Counted from the first letter of the stretch, positions 18,005 to 27,432 are shown. The stretch is DNA of 38,989 nucleotides from a virus (IMGVR_UViG_3300033128_000043:79639-118627); one strand, 5' to 3'. Numbers and translations are program-made. Notes: a model not told the origin generated them from the letters alone.

Positions 18005-18352
18005 TCAGTATCGAATGCCAATTGCTTCTTTAATGACATTAGAATTTTCTGAATCTAATGAATGCATGACTTGGGGAAGAGTAATATCATCAAGTCTGCC
18101 GTTAAAGCATTGTACTGCAAAACGAATCATAGCCTCTTCACTAGCGGAGAACCGCTCCATCTCTTCATATAACTGGTCAAGATCGATCCCATCGAGGCTA
18201 ATGGTTTCTTTAATTTCATTGAATTTATTTACTGCACCCGCTACATACGCGAATGAACGATAGTAAGTATCGTCTACCTGGTCAAAAGGTTTTTCCCCTA
18301 AAAGGTCAAGGATTAAATCAGTTTGCTTTTTATGGTTTTCACTTTTAAACAT
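18005..18352 (-). CDS. hypothetical phage protein
   Basis: MFKSENHK...D.YYRSFAY...LDSEN..VIKEAI.IRY; RBS present. Confidence 0.7.
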   Translation of the reverse strand: MFKSENHKKQTDLILDLLGEKPFDQVDDTYYRSFAYVAGAVNKFNEIKETISLDGIDLDQLYEEMERFSASEEAMIRFAVQCFNGRLDDITLPQVMHSLDSENSNVIKEAIGIRY

Positions 18353-18743
18353 TGTCCGTATCTCCTTTTACGTGGTTTGTTGTATTTGGTGTGTTCCAAT
18401 ACCTACTTAGTATTTCGATTAACACTAAGCACTGTCCTTTATTGAACATACCAATATGTGCTTGCTCCTTAGACAGCCCCATCATTTTCCGAAGGATTTT
18501 ATAAGCTGCTTTTCTGCCCATCAGCTTATTTCTCCACAAGGGATCAAATAAGTAATGTGCTTGCTTTCTAAGACCTCTAAGCTCAGCATTCGCCATAGTA
18601 CCTAGAGGTCTTTTAGAACGCCGGTGAGTACCTACTGAAGCTCCGCAGGTGAGGCAGGCATAAACATTAGAGCCAAAATCCCGCCCGTAGTATTCTAAAC
18701 TTGTAAGGTATTGTGCTGGACGGTGACAATAAGGACAATTCAA
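18345..18743 (-). CDS. DUF3268-like zinc-finger protein
   Basis: CPYC...YACLTCGASVGTH...PLGTMANAELR..RK.AH..FDPLW...HIGMF. Confidence 0.85.
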   Translation of the reverse strand: MNCPYCHRPAQYLTSLEYYGRDFGSNVYACLTCGASVGTHRRSKRPLGTMANAELRGLRKQAHYLFDPLWRNKLMGRKAAYKILRKMMGLSKEQAHIGMFNKGQCLVLIEILSRYWNTPNTTNHVKGDTDNV

Positions 18744-18769
18744 GTCATATCACTCCCAGAGAGCAGAAC

Positions 18770-18955
18770 TTATTTATTCTTGCGTCTGTTTATGAACTCT
18801 ATGATGATGTTAAATACCTCCAGCAATAGCCAGGTTAAAGCAAGAGACATTGTTATAATTTCTAAGATGTCTATACTGCTGTAATCTAAAGAAGTAAAAT
18901 ACAATACAAACAGTATCGCAAAAGCTGTACGTAACACATTTAACGGTTTACGCAT
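18770..18955 (-). CDS. small membrane protein downstream of the YonT-like toxin (yoyJ-like position)
   Basis: Two hydrophobic helices and a basic tail. Confidence 0.6.
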   Translation of the reverse strand: MRKPLNVLRTAFAILFVLYFTSLDYSSIDILEIITMSLALTWLLLEVFNIIIEFINRRKNK

Positions 18956-19013
18956 ACGTGTAATTGGTCATGGACTTTTTGACCTTTTATCCAAAGAATT
19001 GTATAATATTTAT

Positions 19014-19085
19014 AGAGGGGAGCGAACTCCCCTTGCGATCTTACTAGCAACGTTTCTTAGCCGGACGTTGCTTTTTCTTTTGCTT
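19014..19085 (+). ncRNA. Antisense antitoxin RNA (SR6-like)
   Basis: TTGACC-17-TATAAT at 18979-19007, hairpin GGGGAG/CTCCCC, terminator AGCAACGT/ACGTTGCT plus U tract; overlaps the toxin 3' end. Confidence 0.72.
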
Positions 19086-19217
19086 CTTTTTCTTTGGTTT
19101 TTTCTCGGAAAGGTCTTTGAGATTTTTCGCTATCGTTGTAATTGCGGCTAGGCTACCGACTATCCAAGCAATCAACCTCGCTATCCTTTCCATGATGTCC
19201 ATGATGTCCATGTCCAA
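19044..19217 (-). CDS. YonT-like type I toxin (57 aa), not in ORF track
   Basis: AGGAGGTG RBS; MDMDIMDIMERIARLIAWIVGSLAAITTIAKNLKDLSEKKPKKKKQKKKQRPAKKRC; TTGACC-17-TATAAT promoter upstream. Confidence 0.75.
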   Translation of the reverse strand: MDMDIMDIMERIARLIAWIVGSLAAITTIAKNLKDLSEKKPKKKKQKKKQRPAKKRC

Positions 19218-19349
19218 TATCTCACCTCCTCTCTACTCTTTAATTATACCATTGGTTATTCTAAAGGTCAACCTTTAATTTACCTTTAGTTTGACTTTTA
19301 GAAAAAAGTTTTGTATACTTTAAACATCAACAAGAAAGGTAGTGATTAT

Positions 19350-19622
19350 ATGGCACAAACATTCTTTCCAAAAATGCACATCATGGTAGCAGCAAGCAAA
19401 CCACACCCAAAAAATACTCAGTACAAAGTTTCTGTAGGCGAAGAAGTATGGGAGGATGCAAAACACCTTGTCACTAAAGTACAGATGGTTTATGACGGTA
19501 AAGTTGCCGGTCGCCGCAGCCCATCATACCCTATAGGCACTAACGACCACCAGAACGTTATACAAGCTGAACAAAAATTATTGGAGTTGTACAACAACAC
19601 AACAGATATTACTATTGAGTAA
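19350..19622 (+). CDS. hypothetical protein, isolated inverted gene
   Basis: TTGACT-17-TATACT at 19291-19319, AAAGGT RBS, terminator at 19622-19650. Confidence 0.72.
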   Translation: MAQTFFPKMHIMVAASKPHPKNTQYKVSVGEEVWEDAKHLVTKVQMVYDGKVAGRRSPSYPIGTNDHQNVIQAEQKLLELYNNTTDITIE

Positions 19623-19745
19623 CGCAGCTTAAATGCTGCGTTTTTCTTTTCTTAAAAATTACCTCCCGTAAGAAAAAGCACAACAACAGCACCAGCAGCA
19701 AAAAATAAACATAATCTCTTCTTCAACACTTACATCTCCCTAATC

Positions 19746-20018
19746 TCATTTAACAGTTATTCCAACAGCCTTTAAGTCTTTTACCAACCTAAACACTGTA
19801 TCTTTTGAGGGAATCACCCAGCTCACTCTTTCGATGACTCCCTTATCCCAGAGAACTTGCACTGTATTGATGTTCACCTTAGTAGGATCAATCAGTTCCC
19901 CTCGACAGATCGAGTAAAGGAATGCTTCCTTTTTTGAAGCATCCCCGTAGTCTACAATGATTACGCTACCTTTCAGCAATTCATTGACTATTTCAGTTTG
20001 ATACCTTGATAGGGTCAT
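19746..20018 (-). CDS. hypothetical protein
   Basis: GGAGG RBS, 90 aa. Confidence 0.65.
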   Translation of the reverse strand: MTLSRYQTEIVNELLKGSVIIVDYGDASKKEAFLYSICRGELIDPTKVNINTVQVLWDKGVIERVSWVIPSKDTVFRLVKDLKAVGITVK

Positions 20019-20038
20019 AGCTTTCCCTCCAAATTCAA

Positions 20039-21022
20039 TCAGCAGCTAAACACTCGATTCAAAACTTCTATTTTAGGATGGCAGGCATAATTTGTAATCA
20101 GCGGATGGTTGTCGTAGGTCACAAGAATATCTGCCCCAGGCACTCCCTGATAAAGCGAATCTAGTAATCCAAGCAGGCTGATATGGTCACGCTCTTGGTA
20201 GAAGCACTTATATAACTGTGAACCTTTCTTTACATATGGCGGGTCAATGAAAAGAGTGGTTGCTTCATTCCAGTACTCATCTTCTATCAGTTCCAGTGCA
20301 TCTATTTGAGTGACTTCTATACGCTCAGCCATACTATGTATCTTTTTGATTCGTTTACACAGATCATCTTTGTTCCAACGGGAAAGGAGCTGTGTAATTG
20401 TGCCTTTTCGCCCCCCTAGAGGGTTTGCTTTAGTGATGCCAGAGTAAGATAACCTATTGGCAATCAAAAGCGCCCACGCAGCTTCTAGAGGTGTTTTATT
20501 GCTGTAGCTATCTAAAATAGTGTCACGTGCGCTGAAGAAGTTGCTGTGGTTTAGTTCAGTATGTTGTATCTTATTGATTAGAGCCTCTGGATTTTCGCAG
20601 ATGATTCTGAATAAAGAGTATATCCCGTAGTCTAGGTCGTTTAAAACAACTCGCTCTACCACACCAGCATCTAACATAGCCAATTCAAAGCTGGCTCCTC
20701 CCGCAAAGACACCAACCAACTTATTTGATCTGTTTACTTGGATTTTTTGGTACAAGATATCTGTAATTTTGCTTTTCCCTCCTGGATATCTTAAAGGGGA
20801 TAGACGCTTATTAAATTTTCTAGCCGTCTTAGAAGATTTTGAGCTGGCAGGGGAGGACTCTTCTAAGATTAGGTTAAACTTCTGTGCCTCATTTTTTTCT
20901 TTGTCTGTGTAGGTAAACCCATCACAGTAATCGCAGAAGAATCCCTCTGAAGTTGTATCCAGGTACATTAGGTCTTGTAGAGAATAGTTATCCCCACAAA
21001 ACCTACAAATTCCCCCACTCAT
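20039..21022 (-). CDS. Dam-like (D12 class) N6-adenine DNA methyltransferase with N-terminal Zn ribbon
   Basis: SPLRYPGGKS, FAGGAS, LNDLD and FIDPPY motifs; CRFC...CDYC. Confidence 0.9.
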   Translation of the reverse strand: MSGGICRFCGDNYSLQDLMYLDTTSEGFFCDYCDGFTYTDKEKNEAQKFNLILEESSPASSKSSKTARKFNKRLSPLRYPGGKSKITDILYQKIQVNRSNKLVGVFAGGASFELAMLDAGVVERVVLNDLDYGIYSLFRIICENPEALINKIQHTELNHSNFFSARDTILDSYSNKTPLEAAWALLIANRLSYSGITKANPLGGRKGTITQLLSRWNKDDLCKRIKKIHSMAERIEVTQIDALELIEDEYWNEATTLFIDPPYVKKGSQLYKCFYQERDHISLLGLLDSLYQGVPGADILVTYDNHPLITNYACHPKIEVLNRVFSC

Positions 21023-21609
21023 AGGTCTTGCCTGTACTGATGGTTTCTTTGCGCCAGATCCTGAATAATGTCCAAAGCTTTAGCTGCCCGAACTTCATTG
21101 CGTAGCTTAGGAGACATAAGGACATCCTGCACAAGCTGATTTTCTTTGTCCTCACCATCCAAAATTAAGGCACTCTCTAGCACTCTATCAAGTAAATCCC
21201 ACCTAACTTTAATCGTGTTGTTATCCCTGTCGCTGGTGCAGATTTCTTGTGCTTCGCCTGCCCTATATTTCCCTGCTCGGCTTATCTGGTTAGTGTACCC
21301 ACGTTTGCATGGATTCCAGAATACAAAATAATCACTCAGGCAGCTCCGTTCTAAATCAATTAATGCAAAGTCTGGAGCGGTATGTTTTAGAGGTGTTGAT
21401 GACTCTTTGCTAATTGTTTGAGTGTATCTATCTCCTGTTGTTTCATTGTTGAGAATTAACCTTATTTCTGGCGTATCATTTAAAGACGCTTGCGCATACT
21501 CCAATAGCTTGCTATGGAAATATTGAGGGTCATCTACCTCATAGTCTCCATGCAATAATAGTGACTCTGCTGAGTCTCTTAAAATAAACTCATATTTTCC
21601 TGTTAGCAA
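21019..21609 (-). CDS. hypothetical protein
   Basis: Coupled ORF; FWNP..RGYT..I.RAG.Y phage motif. Confidence 0.7.
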   Translation of the reverse strand: MLTGKYEFILRDSAESLLLHGDYEVDDPQYFHSKLLEYAQASLNDTPEIRLILNNETTGDRYTQTISKESSTPLKHTAPDFALIDLERSCLSDYFVFWNPCKRGYTNQISRAGKYRAGEAQEICTSDRDNNTIKVRWDLLDRVLESALILDGEDKENQLVQDVLMSPKLRNEVRAAKALDIIQDLAQRNHQYRQDL

Positions 21610-21637
21610 TCTAATCTACTCCATTCACAAATAATAC

Positions 21638-23347
21638 TCATGCTGTCCCATCAAGTACTTTCAGAACTTGTTTAGTTCCTAGCGGCTGCTCAACCGTTGA
21701 ATTGATGAGGAATTGTTTTTCTTCTAAAAGTTCCTCTATACGTTCGTCTATAGTTTCTTTCGATATTAAGGTGTAGACGTTTATGGAACTTGTATTTCCG
21801 CCACTCTGTCCAAAACGCCAGGCTCTACCTATACATTGTTGTGTATATGCCGGCGACCAAGGCTTGCTAGTGAAAATAATGTTGTTGGCAGCGGTTCCCG
21901 TCCATCCTTCTCTTGAAGCTGCTTCTGTACAGATGATTAACTTACACGATTCATCTGTTTGAAATTTATCTACCATCTGCTGCCTGTCTGAAATATCCTG
22001 CGATGCTTTTGCTGAAGCACTTATGTCTCCTGTAATAATTGCTGGGTTATACTTAGAGAAGTGTTTATACATCACGTGTGTAAATCGCTTGGAGCGGCTA
22101 AAAATGATGGCCTTTTCGCCACGCTGTGTTATTTCTTCTACAAGCTCTTCAAGCTCTTTTAGCTTGCTACTTCCTTTTACACCTTCAGGGCCTCCTACAA
22201 TTTCGGTAGATTCAGCAATTTGTGCCAAACGTGCGTGCTTTGCTAATTCAGCGGGCACATCCTCAAACTCTAAATCTTCAAAGTCCAATTCATCTAATTT
22301 CCCTTGATCCACTGCCTTATACAATTTCTTTTGAGCGGATGTCATCTCCACATAAATGTTTTTCGGGATGACTGGCGGTAAATCAAGCACATCTTTCTTT
22401 AGTCTCCGCAACATGTTAGATGAGAGGATCATTTTTATTTCTGATAGATTCTTATAGCTGGTTACATTTCCCCAACCATCCAATTCGCAGAATCTTTTCT
22501 TAAAGCCGTAAATGTTGTACTTAATTGCTCCCATCCAATAAAGTATGTTGTGCATGTCTATAACTTCATTAATTACAGGACTTGCAGTAACCGCGTACTT
22601 CTGTGGGACATCTAACACATGGATGTTCTTTCCTAGATTAGACGTTTGTGATTTAACTTTATGGGCTTCATCCATTACAAAGCAGCCAAAAGGTCGCTTC
22701 CTATGCATCTCTATAAAATGATTCAAGTCTGCCCTATACGTCTCATAAGAAACGACTAGCATGCCCACGCTTTTGTCTGTTTCTACTTGGTCGTATAACT
22801 TAACTCGTTTTTTAGGTGTCCCAGATATCGCAACAACTTTCATATTAGTGAATTTTTCTGCTTGATTCTTCACGTCATAGATTAATCCAGCCTTTGTTAC
22901 ATATATACCCCAACTAATCAATCCATACTGTATCTTTGCGTCTACAGAGCATATTGTTGGAGCGGCTTTTCCCACACCTTCTTGATCCGCAACAAGCAGC
23001 ATGTCCCTTGTCATTAGAAGATTCCATGCTACGATTTGGTGCTCTCTGAGCGGAATTTTAGGTGTATAAGGGACAACATACTCGTTAGGTAAATCCTCCG
23101 TACCTATCCCTCTGACGATTGATCCCATACTATCATTCTCGTTTTTCCATAGAACTAGATAGTCTTTAGTTTTCTTCTTAAACTCATTTAATGCCTCGTA
23201 TGGTAACCCGTAGCACATTGTTTCAGGTGCCTTAAACCATCCAGGAATACTTGTTATTGCCTGTATTGCATCGACATTGAGTACTTTTAGCTCTATTTTC
23301 AAAAAAGACCTGCCATCTGGCAGGGACACTTTAGAAACTTCTAACAA
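21638..23347 (-). CDS. SNF2-family helicase
   Basis: LREHQ, DQEGVGKA, DEAH, TASP, MLRRLK and WSPAYTQQCIGRAWRFGQ motifs. Confidence 0.92.
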   Translation of the reverse strand: MLEVSKVSLPDGRSFLKIELKVLNVDAIQAITSIPGWFKAPETMCYGLPYEALNEFKKKTKDYLVLWKNENDSMGSIVRGIGTEDLPNEYVVPYTPKIPLREHQIVAWNLLMTRDMLLVADQEGVGKAAPTICSVDAKIQYGLISWGIYVTKAGLIYDVKNQAEKFTNMKVVAISGTPKKRVKLYDQVETDKSVGMLVVSYETYRADLNHFIEMHRKRPFGCFVMDEAHKVKSQTSNLGKNIHVLDVPQKYAVTASPVINEVIDMHNILYWMGAIKYNIYGFKKRFCELDGWGNVTSYKNLSEIKMILSSNMLRRLKKDVLDLPPVIPKNIYVEMTSAQKKLYKAVDQGKLDELDFEDLEFEDVPAELAKHARLAQIAESTEIVGGPEGVKGSSKLKELEELVEEITQRGEKAIIFSRSKRFTHVMYKHFSKYNPAIITGDISASAKASQDISDRQQMVDKFQTDESCKLIICTEAASREGWTGTAANNIIFTSKPWSPAYTQQCIGRAWRFGQSGGNTSSINVYTLISKETIDERIEELLEEKQFLINSTVEQPLGTKQVLKVLDGTA

Positions 23348-23358
23348 ACCAAATCACC

Positions 23359-23871
23359 TCATTCTCTAAGTGAATTTAAATATTCTGCTGTAGTTATTCC
23401 TTTTTTTGAAGCGTAGTATTTTACAGCAAAGTAAAGCTTCTTGTTTAGTTTAAATAAGGATGTAATGTCTAAATTGGAAGGGTATTTATTTAATGTATCT
23501 TTAATATCTGACTCTTTAATGGTTGTAGAATAGTGGTAAGTTAACCCCCACTTAGTTAGTACTTCTGAAGGTTTTCCGAATCTCTGAATCTTCCTATACT
23601 TGGCTGGATATTTCTCTTTAAGTTCTGATAAATTTATACTTAATCCAAATTGGTGCTGCAAGTATCTTTTAAATTGCTTTTCAGTATCATCTACCTGCCG
23701 AGGTATTAAAATTTCTAGGTCGGGGTCAATAAGGTGTAGTGCAATTCTCACACTCTTTAGAATCTCTCTATCCTCTACTAGTTTCCGTAAACCAACATCC
23801 ATGATGCTGTCTATATGTATTACTTTATTTTTGTTGGAGTAGCGGGTTAACCGTTCTGCAATAGGTTTCAT
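23359..23871 (-). CDS. hypothetical basic protein
   Basis: 170-aa coupled ORF. Confidence 0.65.
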   Translation of the reverse strand: MKPIAERLTRYSNKNKVIHIDSIMDVGLRKLVEDREILKSVRIALHLIDPDLEILIPRQVDDTEKQFKRYLQHQFGLSINLSELKEKYPAKYRKIQRFGKPSEVLTKWGLTYHYSTTIKESDIKDTLNKYPSNLDITSLFKLNKKLYFAVKYYASKKGITTAEYLNSLRE

Positions 23872-24152
23872 TCATCCTGCTCCTCAGACCTCTCAGCCCA
23901 AAATAATTCCTCCACAGTTGTATCAAAGTACTCTGCTAGTTGTAGTGCGACAAGAAGTGAAGGGTTATATGATCCTGCTTTAAGGAGTTTTAAAGTGTGT
24001 TGGGACATTCCGTACTTATCTTTCAATTCATTGTAAATTTCAGCTCTGGTTACTGGCCGTTCTAATTCACGTACAAGACTTAGGTGCTTTTTCCTGATGT
24101 GTTGCTCTAGTGAGTTAAATACAACATAGTCTTTGTATTGTTTCCTCGCCAT
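23868..24152 (-). CDS. XRE-family HTH regulator
   Basis: GSYNPSLLVALQLAEYFDTTVEELF. Confidence 0.8.
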   Translation of the reverse strand: MARKQYKDYVVFNSLEQHIRKKHLSLVRELERPVTRAEIYNELKDKYGMSQHTLKLLKAGSYNPSLLVALQLAEYFDTTVEELFWAERSEEQDE

Positions 24153-24185
24153 CTTGATTGGACCTCCATAGGCATTGAAGAGGCT

Positions 24186-24449
24186 TTAACTTTCCTCATC
24201 CTCTACGTTACCTTTATTGTAATATTGGAGTATATACTGACTTTCAGATAATATTTTATCTAGCAGTGCTTCGTTATTAGGCAAGGACACAAACCGCATG
24301 CTTTTGACTATTGCATGTTGGCCAGAACTTTCAAAGACCTTCTTAGTATTGTTAAAGAATTTCTCAATTTCATTTAACTCCCCTAAGCAGATTAAACCAA
24401 GTTCGATATCGAATACTGCTGCTGGATTCAAGATAACCTTGTTACTCAT
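24186..24449 (-). CDS. hypothetical protein
   Basis: GGAGG RBS, 87 aa. Confidence 0.65.
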   Translation of the reverse strand: MSNKVILNPAAVFDIELGLICLGELNEIEKFFNNTKKVFESSGQHAIVKSMRFVSLPNNEALLDKILSESQYILQYYNKGNVEDEES

Positions 24450-24483
24450 ACACCCTCCTGAATTACATTTATCTGGGGTTCAG

Positions 24484-25044
24484 TTAATCCGCCAGTGTTT
24501 GAACATCTCTCTCCTGCAGTCCAGCAATGTAGAAGTTGCCATAACTGTCCCTGCATAGTTCAATGTTGTTCTTATTCTCTGAGGGGTGCCCGTGTACCGT
24601 TGCACATTTAACAGTAAGCCTTTCTTTACATCTGTGGCACGCTACTGTTGGGCTGTTCTCGTATATATAGTGGTTACCTTGCTCTCCGCAGTTGCAGCGG
24701 TATCTAGTTTTATACCTTGGACTATCGCTTTGTGCGTCTTTTATTCCAGTCAACTTGTAGTCGTGCACGGTTATTTGGAAATCTTCTTTTTTAGGTTCTC
24801 CATAATATTTTGTCTCTTCCTTAGCTTCTGAGTTCTCCAACATTGGTGGGTTCTCAACATGGAAATCTGCATAAGCCTTGCCTACAGCACTATAGAAATC
24901 AGTAATCTCTTTGTAGTCTATGTTTATGTCAAAGAATCTAAACATCCCGTCAATAATCTGTAGTTGATTTACTGGACCAGATAAATTAATCTCTAGCTCT
25001 TTATCCCCATTTTTTAGTTTTAGGTACATATTATCATCGTTCAA
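24484..25044 (-). CDS. hypothetical protein with C-terminal Zn ribbon
   Basis: RYRCNCG...CHRC. Confidence 0.7.
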   Translation of the reverse strand: MNDDNMYLKLKNGDKELEINLSGPVNQLQIIDGMFRFFDINIDYKEITDFYSAVGKAYADFHVENPPMLENSEAKEETKYYGEPKKEDFQITVHDYKLTGIKDAQSDSPRYKTRYRCNCGEQGNHYIYENSPTVACHRCKERLTVKCATVHGHPSENKNNIELCRDSYGNFYIAGLQERDVQTLAD

Positions 25045-25088
25045 TTATATCTCCTCTTTCCTAGATGATAATTAAACAATAACATACA

Positions 25089-25113
25089 AAAAAGGTATTA
25101 TCAATGCCTTTTT
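25089..25113. promoter_or_regulatory. Palindromic operator copy 1 (AGGYAT-N5-ATRCCT)
   Basis: AAAAAGGTATTATCAATGCCTTTTT; overlaps a minus-strand TTGATA -35. Confidence 0.65.
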
Positions 25114-25382
25114 GAATCCTTTAACTGGAATATATCTTCTAAAGGTAACTTAAAATAGTCTGCTATCTTTAACGCCATAGGTAAACTTGGTTGTACTACA
25201 TGTCTTTTTATTTTGGCTATTGTATTAGGTGCGGCACCGCAATGGGACGCTATTAATTCCTCTACATCAGATTCCCTAACTCTTTTATTTTGGATTGTAC
25301 TTAACTCTAAGCTTTGCTGATTAATTAAAATTTTAAGTTTATTGGTTGTTTCAATTCCCTCTTCGGTTTTTTTCTTTTCCAT
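25101..25382 (-). CDS. XRE-family HTH regulator
   Basis: QPSLPMALKIADYFKLPLEDIF. Confidence 0.8.
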   Translation of the reverse strand: MEKKKTEEGIETTNKLKILINQQSLELSTIQNKRVRESDVEELIASHCGAAPNTIAKIKRHVVQPSLPMALKIADYFKLPLEDIFQLKDSKRH

Positions 25383-25479
25383 GTGGCACGATCCTCCTAT
25401 AATCCTAAAGATTTGTTATATTACTCCATAATACTATACCACTCTATATGGCGAAATTAAAAAGAGGCTTACGCGCCTC

Positions 25480-25734
25480 TTAGTGGTCGTTTTCACGCTT
25501 TTTTATAGATATTTCTAGTCCTAGTGCCTCCGCTAAAGCGCAGACTGTTTTAAATGTCACGTTCACCTCACCTTTGAGATATGATAGCCGTGATATTTGG
25601 TTCTGCTGTACACCTGACTTCTTTTCCAATGTGGTCTGGCTCATTGCTTGTTCAAGCCTTGCCATGCTGATCGCATCTAATATTTCATCTACTTTCTTTG
25701 AAGCAGCTTCTAGATTAATCTCTTTCTCAGTCAT
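25480..25734 (-). CDS. XRE-family HTH regulator
   Basis: ARLEQAMSQTTLEKKSGVQQNQISRL...TVCALAEALG; terminator at 25459-25481. Confidence 0.8.
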   Translation of the reverse strand: MTEKEINLEAASKKVDEILDAISMARLEQAMSQTTLEKKSGVQQNQISRLSYLKGEVNVTFKTVCALAEALGLEISIKKRENDH

Positions 25735-26064
25735 TCAATTTTCCTCCTGCAGAGTAATTTTTATGATTCCATTAAATAATATGACTAATTTGGCCTTGCT
25801 GTATATCTCGTAACCATCAGTAAAAGCGCCATCAACATTCATTACAGCGGTTCCCTCACTTATATTGGCCTGCATTTCTCCTATGTTCCCAAGGTACTTC
25901 CCTTGGATTACAGACCCCTTAAATATGACATCGGTTAGGTATAAACCATGCCCTTCATCTAAAGTAGTACCTACTTTGTTGCTTGCATGGTCCTTTACAG
26001 TGAAGGGAGGGTTCTCAACTACTTCAATGGATACTATCTCACCTCTACTAACAATTCTACCCAT
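25735..26064 (-). CDS. hypothetical protein co-transcribed with the XRE gene
   Basis: AGGAG RBS; promoter TTGTTA-17-TAAACT. Confidence 0.65.
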   Translation of the reverse strand: MGRIVSRGEIVSIEVVENPPFTVKDHASNKVGTTLDEGHGLYLTDVIFKGSVIQGKYLGNIGEMQANISEGTAVMNVDGAFTDGYEIYSKAKLVILFNGIIKITLQEEN

Positions 26065-26128
26065 AGCTTATCTCCTGTCTATCTAATTTCAATATGCAAT
26101 ACAATGTCTAAAGTTTACCAAAATAAAA

Positions 26129-26145
26129 AGGTATTAACAATACCT
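26129..26145. promoter_or_regulatory. Palindromic operator copy 2
   Basis: AGGTATTAACAATACCT over a -35 element. Confidence 0.65.
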
Positions 26146-26230
26146 AAAATATATTAATTAATTTATGTACTTGTCAACTAATCTACTTGATGGTATGATG
26201 TTTTCATCACATAGAAAGGTGTGGGCCACC

Positions 26231-27046
26231 ATGACTACATCTATAGTGGCAGCAAGTTTCAAAGGGGGAGTTGGAAAGACAACAACCACCTCATTGCTGT
26301 CATATCTCTTAGCCGACCTCGGCTTTAAAGTACTGGTAGTAGACTTTGATCCTCAGAGAAACACTACCAGCATACTATCAAAAACGTTCCCACAGAGCGT
26401 AGAAAACAAAATAAGCTTTTTTGAAGGCATCAAGTCTGGTGATATATCTGGCTGCATTAGACAATTATCTCAGCACCTTGATTTAATACCTGCTGGGTTT
26501 GATCTAATCGCTTTTCCAGAGTATGTCCTTTATCTATCTAGAGATAAAGAGCGGAGGATGCACCTTCTCGACCACCTTTTAGGTAAAGTGAGGAGAGGTT
26601 ACGACTTCGTATTAATAGACGTTCCGCCGACTGTAAGTGAGTTTACAAATAATGCTGTAATGGCAAGTGATTATACAATCATACCGTTACAGACTGAGCA
26701 GCAGTCGCTGGAAGCTGCGGATCAGATGATTAATGTACTCAAGGATCTTCGAGCATACAAACCAACTATCGATTTATTGGCCGTGATACCTTATCTAATC
26801 ACCAGGGAGGCTAGGGTAGATAGAGAAGTACTTGAGGAAGCCGTTGAATTATTTGGAGATACTGTAACCCAACACCACGTCTATCGGAGGGAACGGATCA
26901 AACGTTTCTATAAGACAGGCATCACTGATGCTGATAGGCATGATGAAGAGGCACTGAACCTTTTCCGCAATATTCGTGATGAATTACTGTCACGTCTAAA
27001 TATTAATCACCCGTCAAATGCTAAGGAGGTAAAAGTTAATGGCTAA
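26231..27046 (+). CDS. parA: ParA/Soj-family partition ATPase
   Basis: FKGGVGKTT, DFDPQRN and LIDVPP motifs; RBS GAAAGGTG before ATG 26231. Confidence 0.93.
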   Translation: MTTSIVAASFKGGVGKTTTTSLLSYLLADLGFKVLVVDFDPQRNTTSILSKTFPQSVENKISFFEGIKSGDISGCIRQLSQHLDLIPAGFDLIAFPEYVLYLSRDKERRMHLLDHLLGKVRRGYDFVLIDVPPTVSEFTNNAVMASDYTIIPLQTEQQSLEAADQMINVLKDLRAYKPTIDLLAVIPYLITREARVDREVLEEAVELFGDTVTQHHVYRRERIKRFYKTGITDADRHDEEALNLFRNIRDELLSRLNINHPSNAKEVKVNG

Positions 27047-27260
27047 CTTAGACAATATCCAAACATCCCGTTATGGGGCACCTGAAGATAATTATTATGC
27101 AAAGAAAGAAACAAAAGATGCCAGATCAACTAGAATTTACACAGAAGATCATCAACTTTTGAGAAAAATTGCATTTCATACAGACAAAACAATGACAGAC
27201 TTACTGTCAGAAGCACTACGCGATCTATCATTAAAGCACAATATTCGATCTGAGCAGTAA
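27039..27260 (+). CDS. small ribbon-helix-helix partition partner (type Ib, ParG/omega-like)
   Basis: Coupled to parA; flexible N-terminus then STRIYTEDHQLLRKIAFHTDKTMTDLLSEAL. Confidence 0.7.
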   Translation: MANLDNIQTSRYGAPEDNYYAKKETKDARSTRIYTEDHQLLRKIAFHTDKTMTDLLSEALRDLSLKHNIRSEQ

Positions 27261-27322
27261 GTAAACGACATTATTTTTAAATGCCCTTACATTTTAAAAG
27301 CATCAGTGATAATATTATTTTA

Positions 27323-27432
27323 GACAAAAGAAAAACCCTTCCAATCTGGAAACGCCATCGCCAAAAGTCGTTTTCCAAAGGAAGGGTAATTTCCCCAATT
27401 CAGTCCGAATCAGAGGATACTATTTAGGTTAT
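27323..27432 (-). ncRNA. Counter-transcribed RNA (copy-control ctRNA) in the rep leader
   Basis: TTTACA-17-TATAAT at 27467-27439; terminator stem ACCCTTCC/GGAAGGGT followed by TTTTTCTTTT. Confidence 0.65.
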
